The position numbers and the translations under genes were made by a program. Shown piece after piece: positions 1 to 7,910 of a DNA stretch of 64,000 bases. The notes beneath the pieces are model-generated. The model was given only the letters and a program-made list of their open reading frames with translations, was not told where the DNA came from and did not search any database. The stretch's first letter is position 1; each line of letters opens with the position of its first letter. The stretch comes from a virus, in the IMG/VR virus record IMGVR_UViG_3300034101_001153, positions 32,177 to 96,176 of that record, one strand, 5' to 3'.

Positions 1-41
1 AATTCGCATTTGATACCTTTCTTTTCAGCACATTGTACCAG

Positions 42-113
42 TGTCTCCATCAAGAATCGAACTTGAACTAAGGGATTATGAGGCCCTTGTGATAACCATT
101 TCACTATGGAGAC
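42..113 (-). tRNA. tRNA-Met/Ile2 (CAT), elongator type
   Basis: Cloverleaf GTCTCCA/TGGAGAC, D-stem GTGA/TCAC, loop CTCATAA, T-loop TTCGATT. G1-C72 is paired, so not initiator. C31-U39 mismatch. Confidence 0.9.
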
Positions 114-116
114 TAT

Positions 117-167
117 GGTGTGGCGGGAGTGTTGCCGCACATTTGATTGTGTTTCTCCCGCCACACC
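117..167 (-). ncRNA. 13-bp stem structured element immediately upstream of tRNA-Met
   Basis: Perfect inverted repeat GGTGTGGCGGGAG (117-129) / CTCCCGCCACACC (155-167) with an inner hairpin; no U-tract. Confidence 0.5.
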
Positions 168-178
168 TAGTATATAAA

Positions 179-817
179 CTATACTTTTTTAGGAGTGCAT
201 TTACCAGGGAATAATGACCACCCTATATTGAATGGTACAATCACCCATGAATATGTCAATCCAGAGCCCCACAGTGAGTAATACATTCCTGCATTTACAT
301 ACCATGAGTCTTTCTTAAATGAATATCCATAGCCCCAGTTATGCATTCCATCTTTCAAGAAATGCTTTCTTACAATTTCTGATTGCTTTTTCTTGTCCAG
401 CATATTGTCTCTGGACCACCATGATTTTCCAGACCATGCACTTGTCTGAATTTGCCAAGTGCCTAACGCACCTGTAAACCAAGGTGAACTTTCTGTAAGC
501 GACTGATGCTTAGATTCACGCCAGGTTATCGCCCAGGCTCCTCTTAGCATCCCAGGTCTATTAAAACCTGCGTTAAACAGAATCTTTGCCTGCTTATCAT
601 TACACTTATTTGGCAGAATCCAAACTTTCTTTTCATCTGCCTTTCTTTCTAATGCATCAGCGGTGGCAAAGTTTCCTGTACCTTCCGCCAAGGGCGCAGA
701 CTTAGCATACGCCAGGTTTGGAGAGAACAATGTCATTGATAGCACTACTATCGCTGACAAGACTCCTGCTCCAAATCGGTTTTTTTTCGTCATATTGACC
801 TCCTTGGGCGGCAACAT
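179..817 (-). CDS. secreted lytic transglycosylase (SLT/lysozyme-like) protein
   Basis: Signal peptide ending AYA; motifs AITWRES (catalytic Glu) and GTWQI; SD AAGGAGG before the second Met at 793. Confidence 0.65.
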   Translation of the reverse strand: MLPPKEVNMTKKNRFGAGVLSAIVVLSMTLFSPNLAYAKSAPLAEGTGNFATADALERKADEKKVWILPNKCNDKQAKILFNAGFNRPGMLRGAWAITWRESKHQSLTESSPWFTGALGTWQIQTSAWSGKSWWSRDNMLDKKKQSEIVRKHFLKDGMHNWGYGYSFKKDSWYVNAGMYYSLWGSGLTYSWVIVPFNIGWSLFPGKCTPKKV

Positions 818-948
818 TTATTTATTCTACACTATTTAATTAGTATTCCAGTTAATAAGTTCAATCATATTGTTATATATATTGATATGTGGCTTTAAAA
901 CATACTCTTTATCATTTTTTACTAGACAGTAAAAAGTAAAGTATGGCA

Positions 949-1341
949 TTAGAAAGTTGATGACCCACAAAGATAATTTTTAGCCCCAACAATTAGAGCC
1001 GCCCCAAACTGTGCGCCATCATCATTATTCATATCATTATTAACAAGGGCCTGCGCTAGAACATAAGTAATTTCATCCTCTGACAAACCTCCAGCGAAAC
1101 CTTCACAAATAGTTTCTCCAAGGCTAAAAAGATCAGACTCTTCAGCGACCTGACCATAGATGCCACCATTGTCCCTAACAAAATCAACAAAATTCTGTGA
1201 GTTGGTAACAACACCATCATCTGTATTAAGTGGTGCTGGAGCCTGCTCTGTAATAGTTACAGTTGGAGTTGGCTCAGACTGCGCGGTACATCCAACTAGC
1301 GCCAGCACAGAAATAGTGGCGGCGACAATAATCTTCTTCAT
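949..1341 (-). CDS. lipoprotein, DUF732-like
   Basis: Lipobox LVGC, P/T linker, LGETICE...AKNYLC cysteine pattern. Confidence 0.65.
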   Translation of the reverse strand: MKKIIVAATISVLALVGCTAQSEPTPTVTITEQAPAPLNTDDGVVTNSQNFVDFVRDNGGIYGQVAEESDLFSLGETICEGFAGGLSEDEITYVLAQALVNNDMNNDDGAQFGAALIVGAKNYLCGSSTF

Positions 1342-1378
1342 ATTAATCCTTTTCTATAAATGACTTGCCCACGACACT

Positions 1379-1407
1379 AATATACAGTAATCGTGGGCTG
1401 GTGTCAA
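1379..1407 (-). promoter_or_regulatory. sigma70/SigA promoter TTGACA-17-TATATT
   Basis: Near-consensus boxes upstream of the lipoprotein gene, overlapped by the IR GCCCACGA/TCGTGGGC. Confidence 0.75.
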
Positions 1408-1410
1408 TAA

Positions 1411-1569
1411 TTATGACTGTCTTGCAAAAATAGCATCTATCTCTGCAACATGGGATGGGCCAAATCGTGCAGCCTCATGTCTTGCTTTTTCCCATTCGCT
1501 CTGAAGTTTATAGTTGCTTGTGGCATCTGTATTAAAAACTTCTGAGAAAAAATGTGCGAATGCTCTCAT
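1411..1569 (-). CDS. hypothetical 52-aa protein (MRAFAHFF...)
   Basis: Own promoter TTGACT-17-TAAGAT and SD AAGGAGG; not in ORF track. Confidence 0.7.
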   Translation of the reverse strand: MRAFAHFFSEVFNTDATSNYKLQSEWEKARHEAARFGPSHVAEIDAIFARQS

Positions 1570-1636
1570 AATATCCTCCTTGTGGGTTGATATTTTAATC
1601 TTATCAGGACTCTAGGAAAGAGTCAAACTGTATGGA

Positions 1637-1831
1637 CTATTTGTGACCAGTATCACTATCGTAGTCCCATCTAATTATCATCATTGCATATGTAAGACCT
1701 TGGCGGAACCAACTAGCCTCTTGGTTATAATCACTTCCATTTTCCCAAGGAGTAGCAATACATGCTTCTATTTGCTGAGAAAACCTATCTCGCCAATACT
1801 TTTCACATTCTTTATCAGAGTGTATTTCCAT
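1637..1831 (-). CDS. hypothetical protein
   Basis: ORF on coding strand with AGGA SD. Confidence 0.6.
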   Translation of the reverse strand: MEIHSDKECEKYWRDRFSQQIEACIATPWENGSDYNQEASWFRQGLTYAMMIIRWDYDSDTGHK

Positions 1832-1853
1832 TTATTTTTATCCTATTTTTAAG

Positions 1854-1934
1854 TGGTAGAGAGAGGAATCGAACCTCCACAGCGTATGCGTTTGATTTAC
1901 AGTCAAGGGGACTCACCACCTGTCCAACTCTACC
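1854..1934 (-). tRNA. tRNA-Tyr (GTA)
   Basis: GGTAGAG/CTCTACC acceptor, CTGTAAA loop, long variable arm, GGTTCGATTCC. Confidence 0.93.
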
Positions 1935-2022
1935 TTGAATATATTTTTGTCTTTTCCTAGATTAACAGTTGTAGATCCTTGTAAAGATTTAATCACACGT
2001 TAAACTAGTATAATGTGCTGCG

Positions 2023-2096
2023 CTGGCGTGGTAGGAGTCGAACCTACAACCTTTCGGTTAACAGCCGAATGCAACTGCCAATTGTGCTACACGCCA
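2023..2096 (-). tRNA. tRNA-Asn (GTT)
   Basis: TGGCGTG/CACGCCA acceptor, TTCGG-CTGTTAA-CCGAA. Confidence 0.95.
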
Positions 2097-2203
2097 TTAA
2101 AACAATCTTCGCAAACCCCTCGTCTTCCAACACGACTGCCAGGCTTTGTTAAAAACTGCTCTAAAGGTTTTTCTTCTTTACAACTATGACATATTTTATT
2201 CAT
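2087..2203 (-). pseudogene. 38-aa Zn-finger fragment resembling the N-terminus of HNH/EndoVII endonucleases
   Basis: MNKICHSCKEEKPLEQF...CEDC; its end runs into the 5' end of tRNA-Asn. Confidence 0.45.
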
Positions 2204-2207
2204 TTTG

Positions 2208-2280
2208 TGTGCCTGGAGGGATTCGAACCCCCAACCTAATGGGTAGAAACCATTTGCGCTATCCGTTGCGCCACAGGCAC
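2208..2280 (-). tRNA. tRNA-Arg (TCT)
   Basis: GTGCCTG/CAGGCAC acceptor, AATGG-TTTCTAC-CCATT. Confidence 0.95.
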
Positions 2281-2284
2281 CTAG

Positions 2285-2355
2285 AGCGAGTGACCAGAAT
2301 CGAACTGGCGATAACTGCTTGGAAGGCAGATGTGTTACCTCTACACCACACTCGC
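2285..2355 (-). tRNA. tRNA-Gly (TCC)
   Basis: GCGAGTG/CACTCGC acceptor, U73, CTTCCAA loop. Confidence 0.95.
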
Positions 2356-2368
2356 GGATATATCTTAG

Positions 2369-2450
2369 TAGGGCAGGTGGGATTTGAACCCACATGGACC
2401 AATTACGGCATTATAATCCCTCGCTTATAAGACGAGACCGATACTGCCCC
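2369..2450 (-). tRNA. atypical D-armless tRNA-like RNA, anticodon TAT (Ile)
   Basis: Acceptor GGGGCAG/CTGCCCT, 7-nt linker TATCGGT, CTCGT-CTTATAA-GCGAG, 26-nt variable region, GTGGG-TTCAAAT-CCCAC. Confidence 0.8.
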
Positions 2451-2461
2451 TCGCTTTTTAA

Positions 2462-2704
2462 TTATGCAGACGATTCTGACTTACTATTAATTGTATCTCT
2501 TTCATCCAGAATGTCAAGGGCTTTTTCGAATAAGGAAGGCTCAAATTTTGAATAGTGATGCCCACAGAAAAAAAGATTTCCAGTATTAAATTTTACAAGA
2601 ACAAATGCTTGTGCAGGACAATCTTTTGCATCACATCTATCTGATTTAGTTAAAACTCCATGTTGTGGTTCAGTTTTATCTTCTTGCATTACTGCTGTTT
2701 CCAC
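2462..2704 (-). CDS. small Cys/His (Zn-binding) hypothetical protein
   Basis: DRCDAKDC...FCGHH motif; GTG start after AAAGGAGG. Confidence 0.7.
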   Translation of the reverse strand: METAVMQEDKTEPQHGVLTKSDRCDAKDCPAQAFVLVKFNTGNLFFCGHHYSKFEPSLFEKALDILDERDTINSKSESSA

Positions 2705-2747
2705 AGCGCCTCCTTTATGAGTATACAATTATTTTATCATTATTTTG

Positions 2748-2818
2748 CTGGAGAATCAGGGGTCGAACCTAAACTAAATGGTCCAAAGCCATTTGTGCTG
2801 CCATTACACCATTCTCCA
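2748..2818 (-). tRNA. tRNA-Gln (TTG)
   Basis: TGGAGAA/TTCTCCA acceptor, AATGG-CTTTGGA-CCATT. Confidence 0.93.
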
Positions 2819-2821
2819 TAA

Positions 2822-2900
2822 CCCATATGCTGACTGGTAACTACACCATCCTAAGGTTTTCTGCACAATGACGTACTGAAAAGGATTGTCAGCATATGGG
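2822..2900 (-). ncRNA. candidate three-way-junction ncRNA
   Basis: 13-bp closing stem CCCATATGCTGAC/GTCAGCATATGGG; inner ATCCT/AGGAT helix with extension; TGGT-GTAGTT-ACCA hairpin. Confidence 0.6.
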
Positions 2901-2903
2901 GGT

Positions 2904-3278
2904 CTATAGATATTTCTGTAAAGAAAAGGGAGTGGACTCCCATGTTTTATTAGTATTTTTAACTCTATTCACGATTGCTCTAGACCATGAAAATCCTGCA
3001 TCGCCGCCCCAGGCTTCCCACATAATCTTTCCATTAGATGGATATCCTGGCTCACCAGGGCTGAATCCCTTTCCCTTTTTATCTACCTCATGTCTAGAGA
3101 AATAAGAGTACATTCTCTTTACTGTGTCAAGGGATAGTGGCTCTTTATTGGCAAGTTGACGCGCTCTAGTCCAGCCGACTGGAGTTCCTGCTCCTGTAGC
3201 CTTACCTTCTTCTCTCCATTTGATTGCGCGACGGCCTGCTGCCGCCATCGCATCTGTGGGTGTATATGTATCTGCCAT
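2904..3278 (-). CDS. conserved phage protein (domain often fused to head morphogenesis proteins)
   Basis: GTPVGWTRARQLA...RMYSYFSRH...WGGDAG motif. Confidence 0.7.
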   Translation of the reverse strand: MADTYTPTDAMAAAGRRAIKWREEGKATGAGTPVGWTRARQLANKEPLSLDTVKRMYSYFSRHEVDKKGKGFSPGEPGYPSNGKIMWEAWGGDAGFSWSRAIVNRVKNTNKTWESTPFSLQKYL

Positions 3279-3282
3279 ATTG

Positions 3283-3816
3283 TTATTTTACCACCTTTGA
3301 GCAATAATCGTACATAATAATTCCAGATGCAGTTCCGACATTTAAGGACCTTACTGATCCATACTGTTTAATATAAACAATATCATCAGCCATAGAAAGG
3401 GCTTCATCAGATAGGCCCCTGCCCTCTTCTCCAAAGAGCATTAATGACTTTGCATCCCATGAGTAACTATTTAGTTCTCTTGCTCCATCGACATTATCAA
3501 TGGCGACAATACGATACCCAATGCTACGATAATATTCAATGGTATCCACAATGGACTCGTTATAGTCCAAATGCTCATAGTTATGAGTGCCGACCGTGCC
3601 TCGCCTATCATATTTTTTAATTCCACAGCGAATCACCTTCTTTCCAAGAAATGCATTATTGTTTCTTACAACTGTAGAAAAATTAAAATCACCATTAAGT
3701 CTTTCTACTACTACGACAAAATCGTTTCTTTTAGAATCTAGGTCGGCAATGATTGCCTCGTTCTCCCAGTACTTATAAAAATCTGATACGTTCCTAGTGT
3801 CAATCATAGTTTTCAT
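3283..3816 (-). CDS. trmH: SpoU/TrmH-family (SPOUT) RNA 2'-O-methyltransferase
   Basis: Motifs NFSTVVR, FGEEGRGL, SLNVGTASGIIMY. Confidence 0.9.
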   Translation of the reverse strand: MKTMIDTRNVSDFYKYWENEAIIADLDSKRNDFVVVVERLNGDFNFSTVVRNNNAFLGKKVIRCGIKKYDRRGTVGTHNYEHLDYNESIVDTIEYYRSIGYRIVAIDNVDGARELNSYSWDAKSLMLFGEEGRGLSDEALSMADDIVYIKQYGSVRSLNVGTASGIIMYDYCSKVVK

Positions 3817-4144
3817 AAATTCCGCCTGTAGTATATAGTAGGTACATCATTGATTTTTCATCTTCAGTTAACTCTTCAGAAGAATACCATTCTGATGACT
3901 TGTCTGTCAAATAATAGACGGCCTCTCCTTCTTTATTCATTTTCAAATCAATAAAGTTTTTAAACCACAGTGATGACATAAGATCAGATTCAATTATTTT
4001 TATGTTTTTAATTAGTTCTTGCTGTTCTTCATAGAATTTTTGGGTGAATTTATATACTGGCTCACCTAAAGCATTCTCTCCCATGTAAGCAATATAGTTT
4101 TTTTCTATCATCCAGTCAATTATGTGGTCTGGAAAGTCCATCAA
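3800..4144 (-). CDS. hypothetical protein
   Basis: Overlapping ORF in operon. Confidence 0.7.
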   Translation of the reverse strand: MMDFPDHIIDWMIEKNYIAYMGENALGEPVYKFTQKFYEEQQELIKNIKIIESDLMSSLWFKNFIDLKMNKEGEAVYYLTDKSSEWYSSEELTEDEKSMMYLLYTTGGIYENYD

Positions 4145-4641
4145 ACTATCCTTCTAACAAATCCTAGTATGCAGGCATAACAATGATAAACTCTGTGATC
4201 GCATTCTGTACTTTTTCTTTTGGCCCAGCCAGGAAAATCTAAAGGTTGCGGCCCAGAACTACACATGTTACATGTTTGATTTGGCAACAGGTTTCTTCCA
4301 GAAAGACATGTATTACACACTCTTGGCCTATTGCTTTTTTTAATTCTTTTTTGTTTAGAGGAGGATGTTCTTTTTTCTCTTTCTGGGATAGTTCCATCTT
4401 TTAGGGGAACCCTATCCCCCTTCCATAAATTACATGATTTGTGTGCCAGCCTTAAATTATTAACATTCCAAGATCCACCTTTAGATAAAGGAATCCAGTG
4501 ATCTATTGTTCTTTTTTCTTTTTTCCCAAAAGGATTTTTACAAATAAAACAAAGATCGCCATCTCTTTTTATAAGAATATCAATAACTTCTTGCTTCCCC
4601 TGCCAAGTTATTTCAATCATTAAACCATTCCTATATGCCAA
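4141..4641 (-). CDS. HNH endonuclease
   Basis: RDGDLCFIC...TIDHWIPLSKGG...NLRLAHKSCN. Confidence 0.9.
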   Translation of the reverse strand: MAYRNGLMIEITWQGKQEVIDILIKRDGDLCFICKNPFGKKEKRTIDHWIPLSKGGSWNVNNLRLAHKSCNLWKGDRVPLKDGTIPEREKRTSSSKQKRIKKSNRPRVCNTCLSGRNLLPNQTCNMCSSGPQPLDFPGWAKRKSTECDHRVYHCYACILGFVRRIV

Positions 4642-6404
4642 TCATTATTAGGATCATTCATTGGAGGTACTCTTATTATATTGTTCGGATTGGCAGCAGA
4701 TGCAGCAGCAAGTCTATTATCTCTTATTAATTGCTTATATGTATGCACCTCAATTTCAACATCGTCAGATTCTTTTCTTGTTCCTGTAATTGAATTATAG
4801 ATAGCGCCACATACTGCATCAGACAAGTCCTTAGATCCCTTTCTTGGGTGATCTACTTTGTCACGAATAATTCTTAGTTGTAATAGTTCGTCAACTAGAA
4901 GAGGTATTCTTGGGCCAACAATTCTTTCTTCTCCTACCAACATAGCCATATCATCATAGTGCTTCTTAGCAACTGATAATGTTTCTGTTTGCATACCAAT
5001 CATTCTAAGTTCTGATTGAATATCATGCGACTGCCAGCGGTCAAATGTGGTCTTTTTAATATTAAATCCGCGAGACCTAAGATCTACAATAAACTGCTTA
5101 ACTTCTGAAAAGTCTACTGACTTATCTGATGTTGGAGTCCACCATCTTACACAATCAACAACCACCACTGGGCTTACTACATTATGGTCTAAGAAGGACT
5201 TAATGTTTACCCATCTATCAACGTGAGCCAAGGCGACCGCACAGTGATCATGCTTTTGTGCAAGGTCAACATGGACGAAATATTCTTTTTCTTCTACTGG
5301 TGTAAAGAAATCATAGAATCTTCCAAACTCATCCACCCCATTGTACGGCTGATTAAAGCATGTTTCAATCTTATCTCTTGATTTGAAAAATGCATCTATT
5401 GAGTCTGGAGGCATACATGCAAAACGTGACAAGGCATCTATTGAATTGGTAAAGAATGCTCTCTTAAAGTCATCAATGCTTCTTGTTGGATTTATTTCCC
5501 AGGTGGGTCTTTTTAGTGCGAACACTCTTGGAAATCTATATGCATTTATGTTGTCTTCTTCCCAGTCAATTTCAAACTTGTTTTCTTCTATTACATCATC
5601 AAGTTCGTCATCGATTTTAAATGTATGATTTCTTACAATGACTTCTTTGTCAGCAATTACGGAGTCATACCGCTGTTGAATAAAGTCGCCCTTGAATCTT
5701 GGGAACGACAAAAGAATTACTTTCCCATAGTCTGGAAATCGTGAGTCTACTGATGCTCTATACATATCATAGATGGCTTGTGCTGTTTTAGACTGGTCAC
5801 TGCCACTAGTTGACTCCATGCTGAAGCCAGAAATCTCATCTAGAATGACACAAATAACATTGTATCCTTCCCATGACTCTCTTTCAGAGTGTCCAGAATG
5901 ACATGTTATAGATTTATCAAAAGATACAGCCTGTTGGGTAACAGTATACTTTCCAACAAACCACGGGGATTCCTCAATTCTTTTTCTGAATCCTTTGAAG
6001 AATACATTTTTAGCCTGGTCAGCGTTAATAGCAATATTAATAATATCAATGGCATCGCCAGGGGGTTTACCATAATATTTCGCTGGATCTTTGAGGCAAA
6101 GTAGCAAATAAACAAGGTATGCAACAGCAACCGTAGACATATAATCCTTACCGCTTCCTTTTCCAAGTTGCAGGATTACTTCATTGCAGGTTTGCTTATA
6201 TCTTTTTAAACCTTCTTCTTCACCATATATTCTTATTAGAGTTTCTTTTTTATATATCTGAGTCATTGATTTGATACATTGATACTGGTATTCAGAAAGT
6301 GGAGGAAGTCTTAAGTATTGTTCACTAGTTGCGAACTCTTCAATAGTTACAGGGATCTCATCAAACTCGTCACCATCAAGTGCCTGTAAAAAATCCTCAA
6401 ACAT
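4620..6404 (-). CDS. terL: terminase large subunit
   Basis: Walker A LGKGSGKD, Walker B VILDE, nuclease motifs HVDLA and SKDLSDA. Confidence 0.93.
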   Translation of the reverse strand: MFEDFLQALDGDEFDEIPVTIEEFATSEQYLRLPPLSEYQYQCIKSMTQIYKKETLIRIYGEEEGLKRYKQTCNEVILQLGKGSGKDYMSTVAVAYLVYLLLCLKDPAKYYGKPPGDAIDIINIAINADQAKNVFFKGFRKRIEESPWFVGKYTVTQQAVSFDKSITCHSGHSERESWEGYNVICVILDEISGFSMESTSGSDQSKTAQAIYDMYRASVDSRFPDYGKVILLSFPRFKGDFIQQRYDSVIADKEVIVRNHTFKIDDELDDVIEENKFEIDWEEDNINAYRFPRVFALKRPTWEINPTRSIDDFKRAFFTNSIDALSRFACMPPDSIDAFFKSRDKIETCFNQPYNGVDEFGRFYDFFTPVEEKEYFVHVDLAQKHDHCAVALAHVDRWVNIKSFLDHNVVSPVVVVDCVRWWTPTSDKSVDFSEVKQFIVDLRSRGFNIKKTTFDRWQSHDIQSELRMIGMQTETLSVAKKHYDDMAMLVGEERIVGPRIPLLVDELLQLRIIRDKVDHPRKGSKDLSDAVCGAIYNSITGTRKESDDVEIEVHTYKQLIRDNRLAAASAANPNNIIRVPPMNDPNNDWHIGMV

Positions 6405-6919
6405 CAGTATCCTTCTGCTCTTCCAGTAACCTGAGACAGCCTTTGGGACACCTCTTTACGACACTTATCACAGTCTGCAATTACTTCTTTTAGAATGCCG
6501 ACAAGTACTTCTTGTTTCTTTTCAGTCTCTATAATTTGGTCAGCAATCTCATTATTTTCAATGAGCCCAGCCTTTTGTAGCATATCTATTTGCTTTTGCT
6601 GAACGTCTGATATAAGTTTTAGGGCGGCTGTTTTTTGTGGCAATAGCCCTTGCTGGTCTGCCTGACTAACTACTGACCATGCTTCTTCTATTAGCATAGA
6701 ATAATGTTGATCGGCACCAGCGAGTGCTTCTCTTGCTCTATTTTGAATAGTCTGATCACTATGAATGACACTGCGCCATTCATTAAGATACTCTTGAACC
6801 TCTGTTCTTTTAAATCCAGTCTGCTTGGCAATAATACTAGGGTTAGTAGTTCCCTTGAGAAATACCTCAACAACCTTATTAATTCGCTCCCAGCGGTCAG
6901 CAAGTTCTAGTTCAGACAA
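6404..6919 (-). CDS. HTH protein, probable terminase small subunit
   Basis: N-terminal HTH (PSIIAKQTGFKRTEVQEYL), helical body, directly upstream of terL. Confidence 0.6.
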   Translation of the reverse strand: MSELELADRWERINKVVEVFLKGTTNPSIIAKQTGFKRTEVQEYLNEWRSVIHSDQTIQNRAREALAGADQHYSMLIEEAWSVVSQADQQGLLPQKTAALKLISDVQQKQIDMLQKAGLIENNEIADQIIETEKKQEVLVGILKEVIADCDKCRKEVSQRLSQVTGRAEGY

Positions 6920-7208
6920 CTTCCTTCTTCTTCCCTGTTCTCTTAGGCTTTACTATACCCTTTAATTCCTCTACATAAAATGATCTAAATGGTCCTACAG
7001 GCATCTGAAGGCAGTCAATCCACGATACATTTTTCTCATAGTTAATAACAAGACTAATGAACTTAAAGGTTCCTCTTCTGTTCTTGAATCTAATAATGCT
7101 TCCAGGAACAATTTCATCTTTACCGTGCTTTAGTTCTTTGAATACCTTAATGTTATTATTGTACGGGAAAGGGACGCTTTCAGTTTTTCTTTTTTTCCTA
7201 GTAGTCAT
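6912..7208 (-). CDS. hypothetical protein (SH3-like beta barrel)
   Basis: ORF with extended -10 and GAGGTG SD. Confidence 0.7.
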   Translation of the reverse strand: MTTRKKRKTESVPFPYNNNIKVFKELKHGKDEIVPGSIIRFKNRRGTFKFISLVINYEKNVSWIDCLQMPVGPFRSFYVEELKGIVKPKRTGKKKEVV

Positions 7209-7231
7209 AATTTATCACCTCTATTATATCA

Positions 7232-7405
7232 TTATAGAGAATGGCCTCCGTTGCGAGTGGGCGACCAAACTAATCCTGGCCTGTCAATATTTCTAATAAG
7301 CCTTATGCCACAATCTGGGCAAATGGCATTATCTCTTTGCTCTATATTTAATATAAACTCATACGACTTGTCACATTCTAGACATGTAAATGTATATAAA
7401 GGCAT
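7232..7405 (-). CDS. FmdB-family zinc ribbon protein
   Basis: MPLYTFTCLEC...CPDCG. Confidence 0.85.
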   Translation of the reverse strand: MPLYTFTCLECDKSYEFILNIEQRDNAICPDCGIRLIRNIDRPGLVWSPTRNGGHSL

Positions 7406-7749
7406 TACTTCCATGTCTCCTTTATTGCAATACTCAATAGTACCAGATAGCCCATAAGATCGTCAAGATCATTTTCTTTAAAAGTATCGTCACCGTTACT
7501 AAATCTAGATAATTTATCGTCAATTCGTACCTTGAGTTGCTCAGTGGTGTCTGAGTGAGAAAAAATTCTCACTGGGTTCAACGCTGAGTTTCCATATGAT
7601 CTATTCTTATCAATTAAAAGGTCTGAAATTCTATTGCATTCTGACTGAATGGCTGCCTCAACTTTGTTTCTTGGAATAGTGCCAAGGCTTGACCTAACAT
7701 TATCCATAATTTCTTTGGTATACATTGACTGTACATCTTTTTCAATCAC
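7405..7749 (-). CDS. nucleotide modification associated domain (Nmad1/DUF1599-like, MazG-fold)
   Basis: KNRSYGNS...RIDDKLSR...DLMGYLVL. Confidence 0.7.
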   Translation of the reverse strand: MIEKDVQSMYTKEIMDNVRSSLGTIPRNKVEAAIQSECNRISDLLIDKNRSYGNSALNPVRIFSHSDTTEQLKVRIDDKLSRFSNGDDTFKENDLDDLMGYLVLLSIAIKETWK

Positions 7750-7910
7750 TTAGACCAACTCCTTTGATTTCTAATAAGTCCATATTGTACTAAATATCTA
7801 TAAATAGTTTGATGGCTGGTGTTACATTCTTTTGCAATATCCTGTATTGTTTTTTTATCAACTACATAGCGCTTGGTTAGCCAAGATTTACTTTGATATA
7901 GTTTAGCCAT
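7746..7910 (-). CDS. 54-aa HTH DNA-binding protein
   Basis: MAKLYQSKSWL...TIQDIAKECNTSHQTIYRYL; not in ORF track. Confidence 0.8.
   Translation of the reverse strand: MAKLYQSKSWLTKRYVVDKKTIQDIAKECNTSHQTIYRYLVQYGLIRNQRSWSK

Noticed and set aside
2087-2430. Track ORFs 2087-2395 (-) and 2146-2430 (+)
   Set aside because: They run through tRNA genes; only the 2087-2203 part looks protein-like
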